From positions 1 to 64,000 of the forward strand of contig NW_020847627.1 in the NCBI RefSeq assembly GCF_003704095.1: DNA of 64,000 nt, given 5' to 3'. Origin of the DNA: Pocillopora damicornis (taxonomy: Eukaryota). Shown here in pieces: positions 1 through 11,094 of the stretch. The notes below the pieces were generated by a model. That model was not told where the DNA came from and did no database searches. It was given only the letters and a program-made list of their open reading frames with translations. Numbering within the stretch: position 1 is the first letter of the stretch; every line of letters starts with the position of its first letter. The translations under genes and the position numbers were made by a program.

Positions 1-1014
1 ATCGAGTTTCTCGATTGTTTGGACGTTCCCCTTAGGATGACTGAGAATTCAGTGGTTGTCGCAGTTGGGGAATTTTTAAGAAAGTTTGAAGCTATCAGAT
101 GTGTTTCTATTTCGCGGTGTAATTTCACGTGCATTCTGCGTTACCATAACGGCCAGGCGTTTTTTTACATCACTCGTTTGGACCTGTATTGTAATGACCA
201 TGCTGACTTATTTGATGTCACCAACTTGACTTCCACTCCATCCCACTCCACAAGTTCGTCATCAGAGGGATTCTGTTTGAAATATCTAAGCTTTCTTCAC
301 GTTTATACAGATGGCAACGAGCGAACGATGAAATGTCTTGTTACCATTTTTAGAGATTGTAAGAATTTAAAAGATATTTCAATTCAGGGTGTTACTAAAC
401 GTACTTGTGAACTTCTTCGATATGTACCAAACCCCCGTACGTGTCGGGTACAGTTTCGTTTTTTCTCCTTTTTTCCTTTTCGCGAACCGTCGCTGACGTT
501 ATTCGACGTAATGAAGCTCGCTGGTTTGTTACCACAGTTTAAGAATCTCGTCTCCCTTGACCTTAACTTGAATAACTGTTGTGCTGAAGCAGTAAACAAA
601 CTGGTTTCTAGTATCACGCACAAGACTCTTGAGAAACTGGGACTGTGTGGCATTAAACTGACTCCAGTCACAGCCGCCGCGCTTGGTCGGTCAATTTCTG
701 AAATGTCGTCCTTACGTATGCTCTCGATATCTGGGCCGAGAAGAGGGTTTCTAGAAACAGGATTTGACAGAACATCTCTGGTTTCACAATTATTTACGTT
801 CAACACAGGAGGTTGTCGTTTCTTGCCCAGTTTGCATGAGTTATTTCTTGAGCGTTTAAATTTGAATGAACGGGGCTTACGTGAGCTGTTGGATAATTTG
901 AAATTCTTCTCAGAGCTGACACTCTTAAGCCTATATGGCAATCCACTGGGTGACGCGCACACGGTTCACTCTATGGTGAAAAAAGCACTGCCTCGGGTTC
1001 ATGTTTCTTATTGA
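1..1014 (+). CDS. C-terminal leucine-rich-repeat region of an NLR (NACHT-LRR)-like receptor; 5' end lies outside the window
   Basis: Frame 1 is open from base 1 (IEFLDCLDVP...) to TGA at 1012-1014. RI-like LRR units: LKYLSFLHV, LKDISIQG, LVSLDLNLNNC, LEKLGLCGIKLT, LRMLSISG, LHELFLERLNL, LTLLSLYGNPLG. No NACHT domain is visible in the window, so the NLR call is an inference. Confidence 0.7.
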   Translation: MEFLDCLDVPLRMTENSVVVAVGEFLRKFEAIRCVSISRCNFTCILRYHNGQAFFYITRLDLYCNDHADLFDVTNLTSTPSHSTSSSSEGFCLKYLSFLHVYTDGNERTMKCLVTIFRDCKNLKDISIQGVTKRTCELLRYVPNPRTCRVQFRFFSFFPFREPSLTLFDVMKLAGLLPQFKNLVSLDLNLNNCCAEAVNKLVSSITHKTLEKLGLCGIKLTPVTAAALGRSISEMSSLRMLSISGPRRGFLETGFDRTSLVSQLFTFNTGGCRFLPSLHELFLERLNLNERGLRELLDNLKFFSELTLLSLYGNPLGDAHTVHSMVKKALPRVHVSY

Positions 1015-2559
1015 TAACGCCAAGTTCATTCACCAAGTGAAGGACACAGACGTTTGCACTGACAGAAGGAATGATTGTCTTTAGTATCGCGTCACTTAAG
1101 TATCACGTCTGCCACTTACATTGCCTGACGTCATGGAATGTCAATTGTAACAACAGGCAATGGAACTTGTCTCCAGCTACTTGTTAGATGACTCGAGTTT
1201 ACATTTCATTTTAGGTTAGAATCAAGAACTATTAATTAATGTTTTAATTTTAACGGAGAAAGGTTTGAATGTATGAAAAACTTTCAATAGGTAATTAAAA
1301 ATTCATGGAATTGAATCAGCCTTTCCAAGTTTTATTCATTTTTATTTTGGTACGTGAGAGGAGCGCATAATGTCGAGTGCGCGGAGCGAGAGTCCTTGCG
1401 GAGCACAAAAAACGAAGAGAATAATGTTCTCGTCTAAGACTTAATAAAAAGACGGTTTCTCGACTTCTCCTCAAGTCATTACCATATCTTTTTAACATTT
1501 TCCCTCACGACACTACGAAATTGCGTGTCAAGTTTAAATCAACACGAGTCTGCTTCAGATAAGCTTAAATTCATTTTGTCTCCATAATTAGTGAAGGCAA
1601 ATATGTAAACAAGAGCAGTTTTTATATTTGAAAAAAAGTATTTTTCAATACGATCATAGCATGCAGATACGTGGACGGGCTCTGAAAACAGTGCTCTAAA
1701 CGATGAGCTAAGACAAAGTGGATGGTCTGTGAACAGGTCACCATAGGATATTTTCTTTTAAAATTTACGTTAAAAAAATATCATTTCTTTGCATCCTACC
1801 TAAAGTCTAAAATTGATAGATATTGATGTAGAACAGTTTCCTCCAAGTTCAGAAATAGTATAGTTCCTCAAATTGGCATGTCAGTTGTCCATAGTCTACT
1901 TCATACTTCTGTCATCATCAGGGAACACACAGAGGGAGAGACTTTTTTTAAAAAAAAAAAGAAAAAAGAAAAAAGTCCTGCTAAGCATGCCTTCACCCCC
2001 CTGCCTTGTTGGCTTAAGGTGATGGGTTTGCCTCAAGCCTACCCCCTCCCTCCCCTATTCAAAAATTTGCCAATTGACTTAATGCACGTGAAGAGTTCTT
2101 ATAACTATTAATAAAGGGTGTAAGTTTCTAAAGAAACCAAGGTGCTGTGTCGGGGTAGATGGGGAGTATAACAAGATAATTTTAGTTTCACCAACTGAGT
2201 TGATAATGTAAATTGGCTTTCGTAAAGAGTTTCTAAAGCTGTCTTTTGTTTTTCTGAAGCCTCTCAGCAGGCCAGCCTTTAAAATCTGATTGGCTGTAAT
2301 GAGTAAAGCTTTAAACCACAGTCAAAAAAGTTAAGTTAGGCTGTAGGTTTGTCTGCTCGTAGTCAAAACCTTGGGTACTGTTTCTTCCCATATAGACCTC
2401 CCAACCAGTAATAAGCATTTATCTATGCCTGACTGCTTCTTTTGCAAGGCAAAAAGCTCCCCAGAGGACTCTATCAGAGTTTCTTGGGTAACAGCTTTCT
2501 TACCAAATTTGTTTGCTATTTTTCTAGAATAAACAAAAACAGCTGTTCTTCAGTAACCC

Positions 2560-2659
2560 NNNNNNNNNNNNNNNNNNNNNNNNNNNNNNNNNNNNNNNNN
2601 NNNNNNNNNNNNNNNNNNNNNNNNNNNNNNNNNNNNNNNNNNNNNNNNNNNNNNNNNNN
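2560..2659. other. Assembly gap (100 N); other 100-N gaps at 18289-18388, 24964-25063, 28412-28511 and 63209-63308
   Basis: Runs of exactly 100 N are placeholders for gaps of unknown size. Confidence 0.98.
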
Positions 2660-2798
2660 GGGGGGGTATATTAAAACCTCATAGAATTATAATGGGGGTC
2701 CATATTTTTCCCTTAAAACTTGCTTCAGTCTAAGCCTCTCCCTGCTCCAGAGCTACAGCTGTAAGTATTGTTGCATAACACCTTTAAAAGTTACATAC

Positions 2799-5700
2799 CA
2801 CAGCAATGGAAGGAAAAGCGTACTGTGATGCAATGTAACCAAATGTGAATGTTGCAATTATTGACAACAGGAAGTTGATTATTGAAGACAACTGTTTGCC
2901 ACCAGAGCGAACTGAAAGGAAAAACATGAGTCACAGTTTTAGCATGTGTTGGAGGAAACAAATTGGTCACAGATATGAATTACTATGAAAAACCCACAAG
3001 GAAATAAATAGTGATATCAGCCAAATATTTAACAGATTTAAGTGATATTGCAGAAAAGAAGACTGAGCTTAAATTACAGCTCACCTGAAAGGATTATTTC
3101 TCCAACATGAATTGTTTCATTAAATTTTTATCAGATTCCACCACAGGAAAACCAGAACCCACCAAAATTTGTATCACTCCCTACCTGTGGCTCTTAAGTA
3201 CAGTTTGTAGTGGCACCCAACAAGTATCTGGGAGACATGGGTTTGAATCACATTGAAGCTAAAATTTTTAAGCCTCTTTTCTGCAATTGCCATAATTGTA
3301 GCTCACCAACAAGGCCCATTTCTCCACTTGAGTTTCATCTGCACATTTAGATGATGTAATTAATTTCAATAAAATTGTCAACACTCACCTTCTTGTCCAA
3401 ATTGCATTCCATCAGTTTGATGCCACTACAGAGAAAAACAAAGAAAACCGGAGTTAAGAACACACAAGCTCCAAAAAATTCACAATTTCTTAGCAGACCA
3501 AAAAGGGCTTGTGAAGAAACAAATGTTACTTTTTGGTACAAAGAATGTTCTATTCTTATATTTGATTTTTGGAATTCCTTTTGATGTTCAAAATCAACAT
3601 TTCCTAATTGGGCATGTAGGAATTATGGTTTCAAACTATGTAACCACCCCCCAAACTGCAAGCATTACAATATTGAAAGTTTCAGCTCTAACCCCTCACA
3701 CCCTAATATCAGAATGTATATTCTCCATACTGTTCTCTAAACATTTCCTAAGATGCCAACATGGAGAATTTGTCTAACAATCAAGAGTTTATTCAGTGGG
3801 TGATCAGCTGCTTTATTCTCCTGACCTTAATTTTTGATTCAAGGGTGATATGGTAAGGAGAAATTAGATGCCAGTCATTCTTAGAAGTTAAAGGGTTAAT
3901 TATTCAGGTCAGTCTACTCATTTCTGTACCATCCCACCACTTTGCCTCAGACAAAGTAAAATATAATTATTCTCAGGCTACCCTTGGGAAAATAAATGCT
4001 AACAAAGTCAAGATCTTGGTGGTCTCTTATCAGGAATTTGCCTTTGCTTGGTTTCCCTGTGCCCTAATGTCTCAGCCCTACCAAGCTCACAGTTATTTTA
4101 ATTACTTCTATTAGTTTATGACCTTAAATGACTCCCATAGTGGTAAGATGCAGACACTGATACTAGGTGTCGCAAGATGGAGGAAATAACACTATGTTTG
4201 AAAGTAAGTTTTCAGTGACTTAAGGTATCACAGAAGGAAAAATCACTATTTTCATTCTAACTGAAATAGCATAAAAATTATTTGTGCTACCCCTATAAAA
4301 TGTGAATTACAAGAACAATCTCTCTAGCTCTCTCAAAGAACTAAAGTAAGTATAGACTTGATAATGATTGAGCAATTTCAAAAACTCTACAGTGCATCAT
4401 TGTAAATCAATAATGGATATGTTATCATTAATTAGGTGACAAGAAGTTGACATAATGTGTCATCAATCTTGCTTCTTCCAATCTACTCTCTACTTTATAT
4501 CTCATGAAGTAAAAAAGATACAAATATGAAATTTTCAGAATCTAGTAGATCTTTATTTCCTTTTTTAGTAGATAAGAAATTTTCAGGAAATTGAAGACAA
4601 AATGATTTTTTTTCCTTCCATGATACCTTAACTGTACATGGAATTGCAAAGGCCTCAAAGCTACTAAAAGGGAAAGTATGCCCCAGAAAAAAGTAACCTT
4701 AACTGACGCTCTGGAAAAGTTTGCACATAAAAAATTTACCCTTTACATGTAATGCAACTTGAGACTCCAACTTGTAACACAATCATTCAAAAATTTTGCT
4801 TAAAACATGATAGGGGTGGCCACTATTTTGACAACAAGTCACAATCATCTGGGCCTGATATGCTTCAAATGGGAAGGAACTAAAACATTTGTTTCATGAT
4901 AGTATCTACTCTGGTTGTCACGCGAAAAAAAACATCATTTGACTCAAGAATATCTTATTTCACAAGTTACCAAGAGCTGGGAAACAATGGAGTTAGATTA
5001 TCATTTGTTTTAAAGTAATGTTATCAGCTGAACAATTAGGTTACTAAGGAAAATTCAAGGTCAAAGCATCTGTATACAAATTTTTAGTATGTTGAAGGTA
5101 ATTTGCCAACAGCAAAGTTACCCTTTTGATCTCAAAGCCTGATCACTGCCATGTTTCATTTACAGTACTTCTATGAACAAGTGCCCATGAACTGATAAGG
5201 GTCCTACCCCAAAACGGTGGCCATGCCATCAGCAATAATGTAAAAAAAGCACCCCTATCAAATAAGCGCCCCCACCTCCTTCACTTTCTTAAATGGTTGA
5301 TATAGAAGTAAAACCTGTTTCTACTACCACTTTATTTAACTCTCGTTTTAGCTTTGCCTACAGCGGAATCAGTACAAGAGAATAATAAGCCCCCCACTCT
5401 TTCCAAGAAATGCCCCTCCTTTTAATCAAAATTTTGAATAAGCACTCAGGTGATTATTTGAGAAAATATGGTCTTTCATGTAGTTAAGACAATTATGTTT
5501 CTGGAGCGACCTTTTCCCTCAAGCAAGAAAGTTTCAGGATTATGCACTACCTTTTGATCAATATTTGAAACCATTCTTTCATACTCCACTTTTTCTTGTT
5601 TTGCTTTTAGTTTCTTAAGACGTGCTACAAGCTCTGGACTCTGAATGAAAAAAAAACTAATGTTATTCACATTAGAAAATTTGGATAGATGTGTACATGT

Positions 5701-6405
5701 AAAGTAAAATTTACGGTCTGATGAAAAGACAAAGGAGAGGGAGTCAATGGCTAAATTCAAACTGGGCATTTAAGAGAGTTTTCAGTGATTACATTATATT
5801 TTATCACCTACCTTTTCTGGTAGTTTTAGTGGCTCTACATAAACTTCACTTCCACAAAGCAACTCATGTAAATACATATTTGAGCTTGAATCTGGAAAGA
5901 AACAAAATTAAATACCCTTAGATAAAAAAAAAAAACAACGACAACAACAAACAGTTAATCGTTTGTCTCACGATGTAAAAGTCGGGCTATCAATTTTATT
6001 GATCGAGAGTGTCGTTTCTCGATCGACTTCTATACTGCTAATCTTCTAGGATTACTCCTTTTTAAAGAAAGGTCTTTTCCTACCGATGGCTAAGAAAGTA
6101 AAATTTATGAACTCTCTGAGTATGAAAGGTATCAAGATCATGTTCTCAAGAGCTTATACGTTAACTAAAGTAGCTCGAATTATTTTACCTGAATCATGCT
6201 TCTCTCGGACGCATTTCCAAAGTTGCTTCACTAACTTAAACGGAATAGGAACTTTGCAGACCCCTTGCGTGGAATCTTGTTTCTCCAGAGAAACATCTGT
6301 ATATTGTGATAGTCGTTCGGCGAGATCCTGTGGAATATGATCGTATTTGATGGCATTTACGATGGTGTTTTGGATGTGGCTTGTCAAAACAACATCTACC
6401 GCCAT
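2799..6405 (-). CDS. TMEM199: TMEM199/VMA12 V-ATPase assembly factor; exons 6405-6189, 5891-5812, 5640-5551, 3425-3389, 2911-2799; last exon not found (probably in gap 2560-2659)
   Basis: Frame-compatible GT-AG joins give MAVDVVLT...MYLHELLCGSEVYVEPLKLPEK-SPELVARLKKLKAKQEKVEYERMVSNIDQK-WHQTDGMQFGQE-VRSGGKQLSSIINFLLSIIATFTFGYIASQYAF. This matches the TMEM199 motifs YLHELL-GSE-Y and PELVARL plus TM1. Confidence 0.93.
3690..3899. mobile_element. Degenerate copy of the TTAA-flanked ~200-bp MITE family
   Basis: Ends in GTTAAAGGGTTAA; the interior resembles 46996-47207 and 59933-60138. Confidence 0.55.
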
Positions 6406-6557
6406 ACTTGTTTCGTTTGAAAACTGCTGACATACATTTGGCTCAATTTTGCTTGTGACCGGAAACAATCACCATTCCTCCAATCTCGCCAACTTCCGCG
6501 TTTTGAATTGAACTCTCCGCAATATTTAATTTTGCTTAGGCTTTCAAGGGAAGCTAA
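6406..6557. promoter_or_regulatory. Probable bidirectional promoter between TMEM199 (-) and the triple-DD gene (+)
   Basis: The divergent ATGs are 152 bp apart. ETS-like CCGGAA and ACTTCCG motifs and the block CTCGCCAACTTCCG are conserved in the duplicate at 13023-13171. Confidence 0.65.
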
Positions 6558-9500
6558 ATGGAGTCAATTACCACGACTTGTCTTATTGATCTTGCCTTTG
6601 ACTTATCAGTTGATTGGAAAACGCTTGCACGTGTTCTTGGTCTTTCTGAAGAAGTATCAAGAATATGTGATGACTACAAACGGAATGTCTTCGAGCAAGC
6701 TTACCGAATGCTGCAAACTTGGAAACGAAGAAACGGATCCCAGGCTACTTATCAAGCCTTAGGTGAAGCACTTTCACACGATGTGGTGTCGCGTAATGAT
6801 TTGGCACAAAAATACTGTGCGGGAAGAAACAGGAGCTCTTTGGACGAAGGTAAGAGATTGAAATCGTTTCGAAGCTTATTGCACAGCGCAAAAAGAGCGG
6901 CGAAATTTACGAAGAACTTCGATTTCTTACAAGTTATTTAATTTCTTTTGAAATAATTGGCTCAGTGATTCTTGATTTTAACACCTGGAAGAATATATCG
7001 TGTTTGTTACGTCCTTTAGCAATGACTGAGTCGAAAACGAGACAGTTTTATCGATCATCCATTCGAGTGTGACCGACAACAGCGTTACATCTTTGGTAAT
7101 CAATCCGACGATTTCTGGGCATTATTATTCAGTTGTTTAAATAACAGACAGACAAACAAACATAACAAAAACGCTTTACATATTTGCGCCAGAATCATCA
7201 GATTTGTTTGTGTTGGGTCAAACTGATCCTCAATAGTGTGTATACTTTCGACTACATATTGTTACAGTACATTGCAATATTGAATTATTTCGAGGCAAAA
7301 GAGGAAACGAAGCCCTTCAAATTCTTCAGGTCACAGGTAGATCATATAACCCATTGAATTTGAGAAAGTGTGCCGTCGGTTATTATTATCACTCGTGTGA
7401 TTATTAATCTGTATCGTTCACTATTATTTTCAACGATCAATCTCAGCCTGATTTAATTGATCGCAGAGTGTCGTGTCACTTATTACGTGCCGTCTGTGTC
7501 CTATCAGTTATCGCCGTGTATAAGTGGTTTTGTGCGATGTAAAGCGATAGTATTCATACCGTAGGGGGGAGGGGGGGGGGAACTTAAGATAAGTCGTGGC
7601 CGGGGTTGTGCTGCTTTATTATTTTATCTCTGACCTTCTTCTGAGCGAAATACGGCCCTCGATTCAATTGTTTTGGGTTTCGGAATATCGACTCGTTCAG
7701 CCTCGTATAGCCTTTTCAGACAGAATTAGAAATAGGGTAATTTAGAATTATCAACCGAGTTGATAACGTAAATTGGCCGCCGTAAAGAGTTTAAAAGCGG
7801 ACGTTTCGAGCGTTAGCAATTCGTCCGAGCGATTGGAGGAATTATGACTTGTGTGTGGGTTTCTATTCAGAAAATGGAGCGACGCTCCGTAATCATCCTG
7901 GGCAGCATATGGCAGTTTGCGGCCTTTCCCTACATCTAGGCAGTTCGGAAAGCCGCAAAACTCTAGAACAAAAGTCAACGAGCGCTTTTCATTCAATTAA
8001 TTTATTCTTAGAGAGAGATGTTTTTTAGTCTTGTGACGAGCGTGGGACAAAGAAAAAAAAATTTTTTGAGTCAAGTGATTCTGATGATGACTTCCACTCA
8101 GGTTTTCGAAACGTCGGTCACCACTACGGACAACAGTCCTTCTCAGGGCTACACTTACCCGGTCGATCAAACTACACTATTACATGTAACTGAAATGTAG
8201 TACAACAGCTTGGCCGTGAAAGGTCTGGGTACGAGACTAGTCCCCTAAGCTCTCCTACACTATAAAGGATCTCAGGGTGAATACCGTCCTGAAAGGTTGT
8301 GTGTCTCGACAAAGTTCCTCATTTGCAGTCGTTCGTATTCTTCTCCATCCTTAGCCATCCAGAGAGGATGAGTGGTCTCTCGTAGCCTTGATTTTTTTTA
8401 TCCCCTCTTTCGTTGGGATTTTCTTTCCACTGATGTGCCATTTTGTCTGGGTTCCTTAGCTTCCAGTTCTGCAAGAAGAGCTACGCCTCATTGTCTCGTT
8501 TTTTTTTTCTCTCTCAACGCCTTGCAGGGATCGACCTTAAAGGACTCAAGACCGGCATGGTTACCATCGCTGACATGGTCTCCATTGCCAACAACTTTGG
8601 AAAAGAGTGGATGTGGGTCGGCCGACTTCTCGGGCTTGAAGACTCCTTGTTAGACGGCATCAAAGAGGATCTCTCACAAACTTACGAATGTACTTACAAA
8701 ATGCTCGAGTGGTGGTGTAAGAAAAAAGATTCTGACGCAACTTACGAGTGCCTTGCACGGGCGTTGTTACACAGAACAGTTGGCATGCGGGAAGTTGCTG
8801 AAAAATTCTGCGTGGACCACCGAGAAAAAAAGATCGGTATGTTCCAGTTGCTGAATGAAATAACAACCCTCAGTCTCAGAGAATATCAGAAAACAAGACA
8901 AAAAGATTGCTAGAGCCGGTTCAGTTGAGCATATCCATAAGACGCTAAGGAAAAGTAGAACCTTTGCCTTTATACCCAGTGTTAACATCTGTAATGTTTT
9001 TTTCTTTAATTTCATGTCAGCCACGTTAAGAAAACGCTAGCTGGAGAAAAAGAAGCTGATCCCTGATCACTTGAGTTTCAAACAGTTCGTTAGCGATTGC
9101 AACCACATTTAACGAAGTGGTGATATAGGTTGTTTTTGCGAGTGATCATCGGCTAGAGACTATAAACCGGCCAATATTGTCTTGTAAGAGACTATATTCT
9201 CTTGCGTCTTGTTATTGTTTTATTGATCGTGTCACTATTTAAAACATTCGGGATTTCCGGGTGTACTTTTACATGACCCCTAATACGAAACTATTCCTCC
9301 CAAGAGAGCCCCTGATAAAGTCTTAATTGCATGTAGTAGCTTACGTTTTTTCATTACTTAAATCAGCCTCTGCTGCACCTTCTGGAGAAGGAAACACACC
9401 AATAGATAAGAAATTGAAGAATTTGACCCTGAATGGTTCTACGGCATGTGAATTCGCGGGAAGCTATACCGAGGCGCCAGGCGCAACAGGAAACAAAAGC

Positions 9501-10551
9501 TTAGCAGGTAAGCTCAGTCTGGACTCGTGGCTCAGTACATTTCTTTACTTTAATCACTATTGTTAAAGAAGGCAGTGCAAAGAAGGTTTAAACTGCTGGT
9601 GATAGTACAGTGAAGTGGTTAAAAGTTTAATTAGCAGATGAATGATTGAAAAATGGTCTGTTATTGAAACCCAGGACCCAGGTTTGCAGTGGGAGGGAGG
9701 GTAGAGTAAGGTAAGCGGAGTTGCTGTTGTTGTTGATGTTTCTCCTCCCCGTATATTTGCTGTCCGCAAAGCAAAGATTTCCTTCACCTAACTTTGTTTA
9801 GCGATTAATTAGTACCTATCTAAAGTAAGCTGGAAATCTTCGTGGACAATTAAGGAGATGAGAGTAAGAAAATCTCACCCTCAGAGTCAAACGAACAGAT
9901 AGGAAACACACCCGTCCGCGTGACAGGTGCGTAATGTTCTGAACTACAAAGCGAGCGGGTCGGGTTTGACTACTTGATTTGGCTTTTCGAACTTCTTTCT
10001 CCCTCTGTGGTAAAGCATTTTATTCTTTCTTGGTCGGCAACTACCACGACGTAGGGTCGAAATGAAAAGGAAAGAGAAAATGTCTTCCCATGGAACAACA
10101 TTCAGCATGATTCATTTGACCCTCACTGTTAAGTTAGCAAAAGCAAGGAGAAGGAAAACGAGGTTTAGAAATAACTATCAACTGAAAGTATTATACGTTT
10201 AACTTATGACCAGGTACCACGCCACCCAGAGTTCCTGAGCCGGCTGATGATTGCATAACTAAGAACGTCATCACCATTCTGCCATACAAAGTGTGGAAAG
10301 AATTGGCCATTAAACTAGATCCCGAGCGTCCATTAGGAGGAGATTACAAAGATCTCGCTTGTGAGATGGGATATACTGTGGAGAAGATCTTGTATTTCCA
10401 GTCGAGGAATGGTCCTACGGAAGCCCTACTCACTGACTGCGCAAACTCAGTCTCAATTGACGAACTTTGTAACAAGTTGGAGGCGATTGGAAGATCTGAT
10501 GCAAAGATAGTGGTTGATGAATGGATCAAGAAAAAGACTACAAATGTGTAG
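6558..10551 (+). CDS. Triple death-domain protein (DD1-DD2-linker-DD3), 359 aa; exons 6558-6849, 8528-8836, 9367-9507, 10214-10551
   Basis: All introns are GT-AG and phase 1; the spliced ORF is 1080 nt. DD1: DWKTLARVLGL...EQAYRMLQTW...ATYQALGEAL. DD2: EWMWVGRLLGL...YKMLEWW...ATYECLARAL. DD3 is MyD88-like: LDPERPLGGDYKDLACEMGY...PTEALL...LEAIGRSDA. Confidence 0.85.
8076..8120 (+). ncRNA. Minimal type I hammerhead-ribozyme motif in a Penelope-like repeat remnant (about 8070-8185)
   Basis: TGATT-CTGATGA-T-GAC...TTC-GAAA-CGTC-GGTCA: core boxes present, stem I has G-U pairs, stem II is imperfect. Confidence 0.5.
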
Positions 10552-11094
10552 CTTGCAATATTTAAACCGACCACCGGGTTGAATCCTTGAAAGAAGGGAA
10601 GATTTCGCAAAAAGTGTTTAACGGACAGCGAGCAGTCCGGAAATAGTATTACGCATTGATTTTCAAAGCTAGGAAGACATCGTTTGAGAAGAAGACTCAA
10701 TGACTTTTCATTTAGTAGTCTGTCTCATAGTGCGGTATTAATTCCGAAATTTGCAATCATTATGAGAAAGTTGCCCCTCTTTCTAGAGTATCTCCTCAAG
10801 AGGACAAGCATCCCACAAACCTAAATTAAGACTGAGCTTTTTAAAAAAGGACAGTTCTGTGTTTGTTTTTTTTTATTTTGCTTTTGTTATATTTTTCTAA
10901 TTCTTCCCAAATAAAATTGTTGCGGAAATCTGCTTGCCAATCATTCTTTGGAAATATCAACATCTTTAGCCGAATTCTTAGCATATTAAAGGACAATCTC
11001 CGAGCGGTTGGGATACTCTTTTGACTTTAGATCATGGCTACCGTTTTTCATACACCGACTATTTAATGGCAGAAATAATGGAAGATGATGTTGT

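Noticed and set aside
384-962. 192-aa minus-strand ORF
   Set aside because: Antisense shadow of the LRR exon; no recognisable motifs.
5476-5550. ORF-track C terminus VVHNPETFLLEGKGRSRNIIVLTT for TMEM199
   Set aside because: Intron read-through; the AAG|GTAGTG donor at 5551/5550 joins in frame to the exon at 3425.
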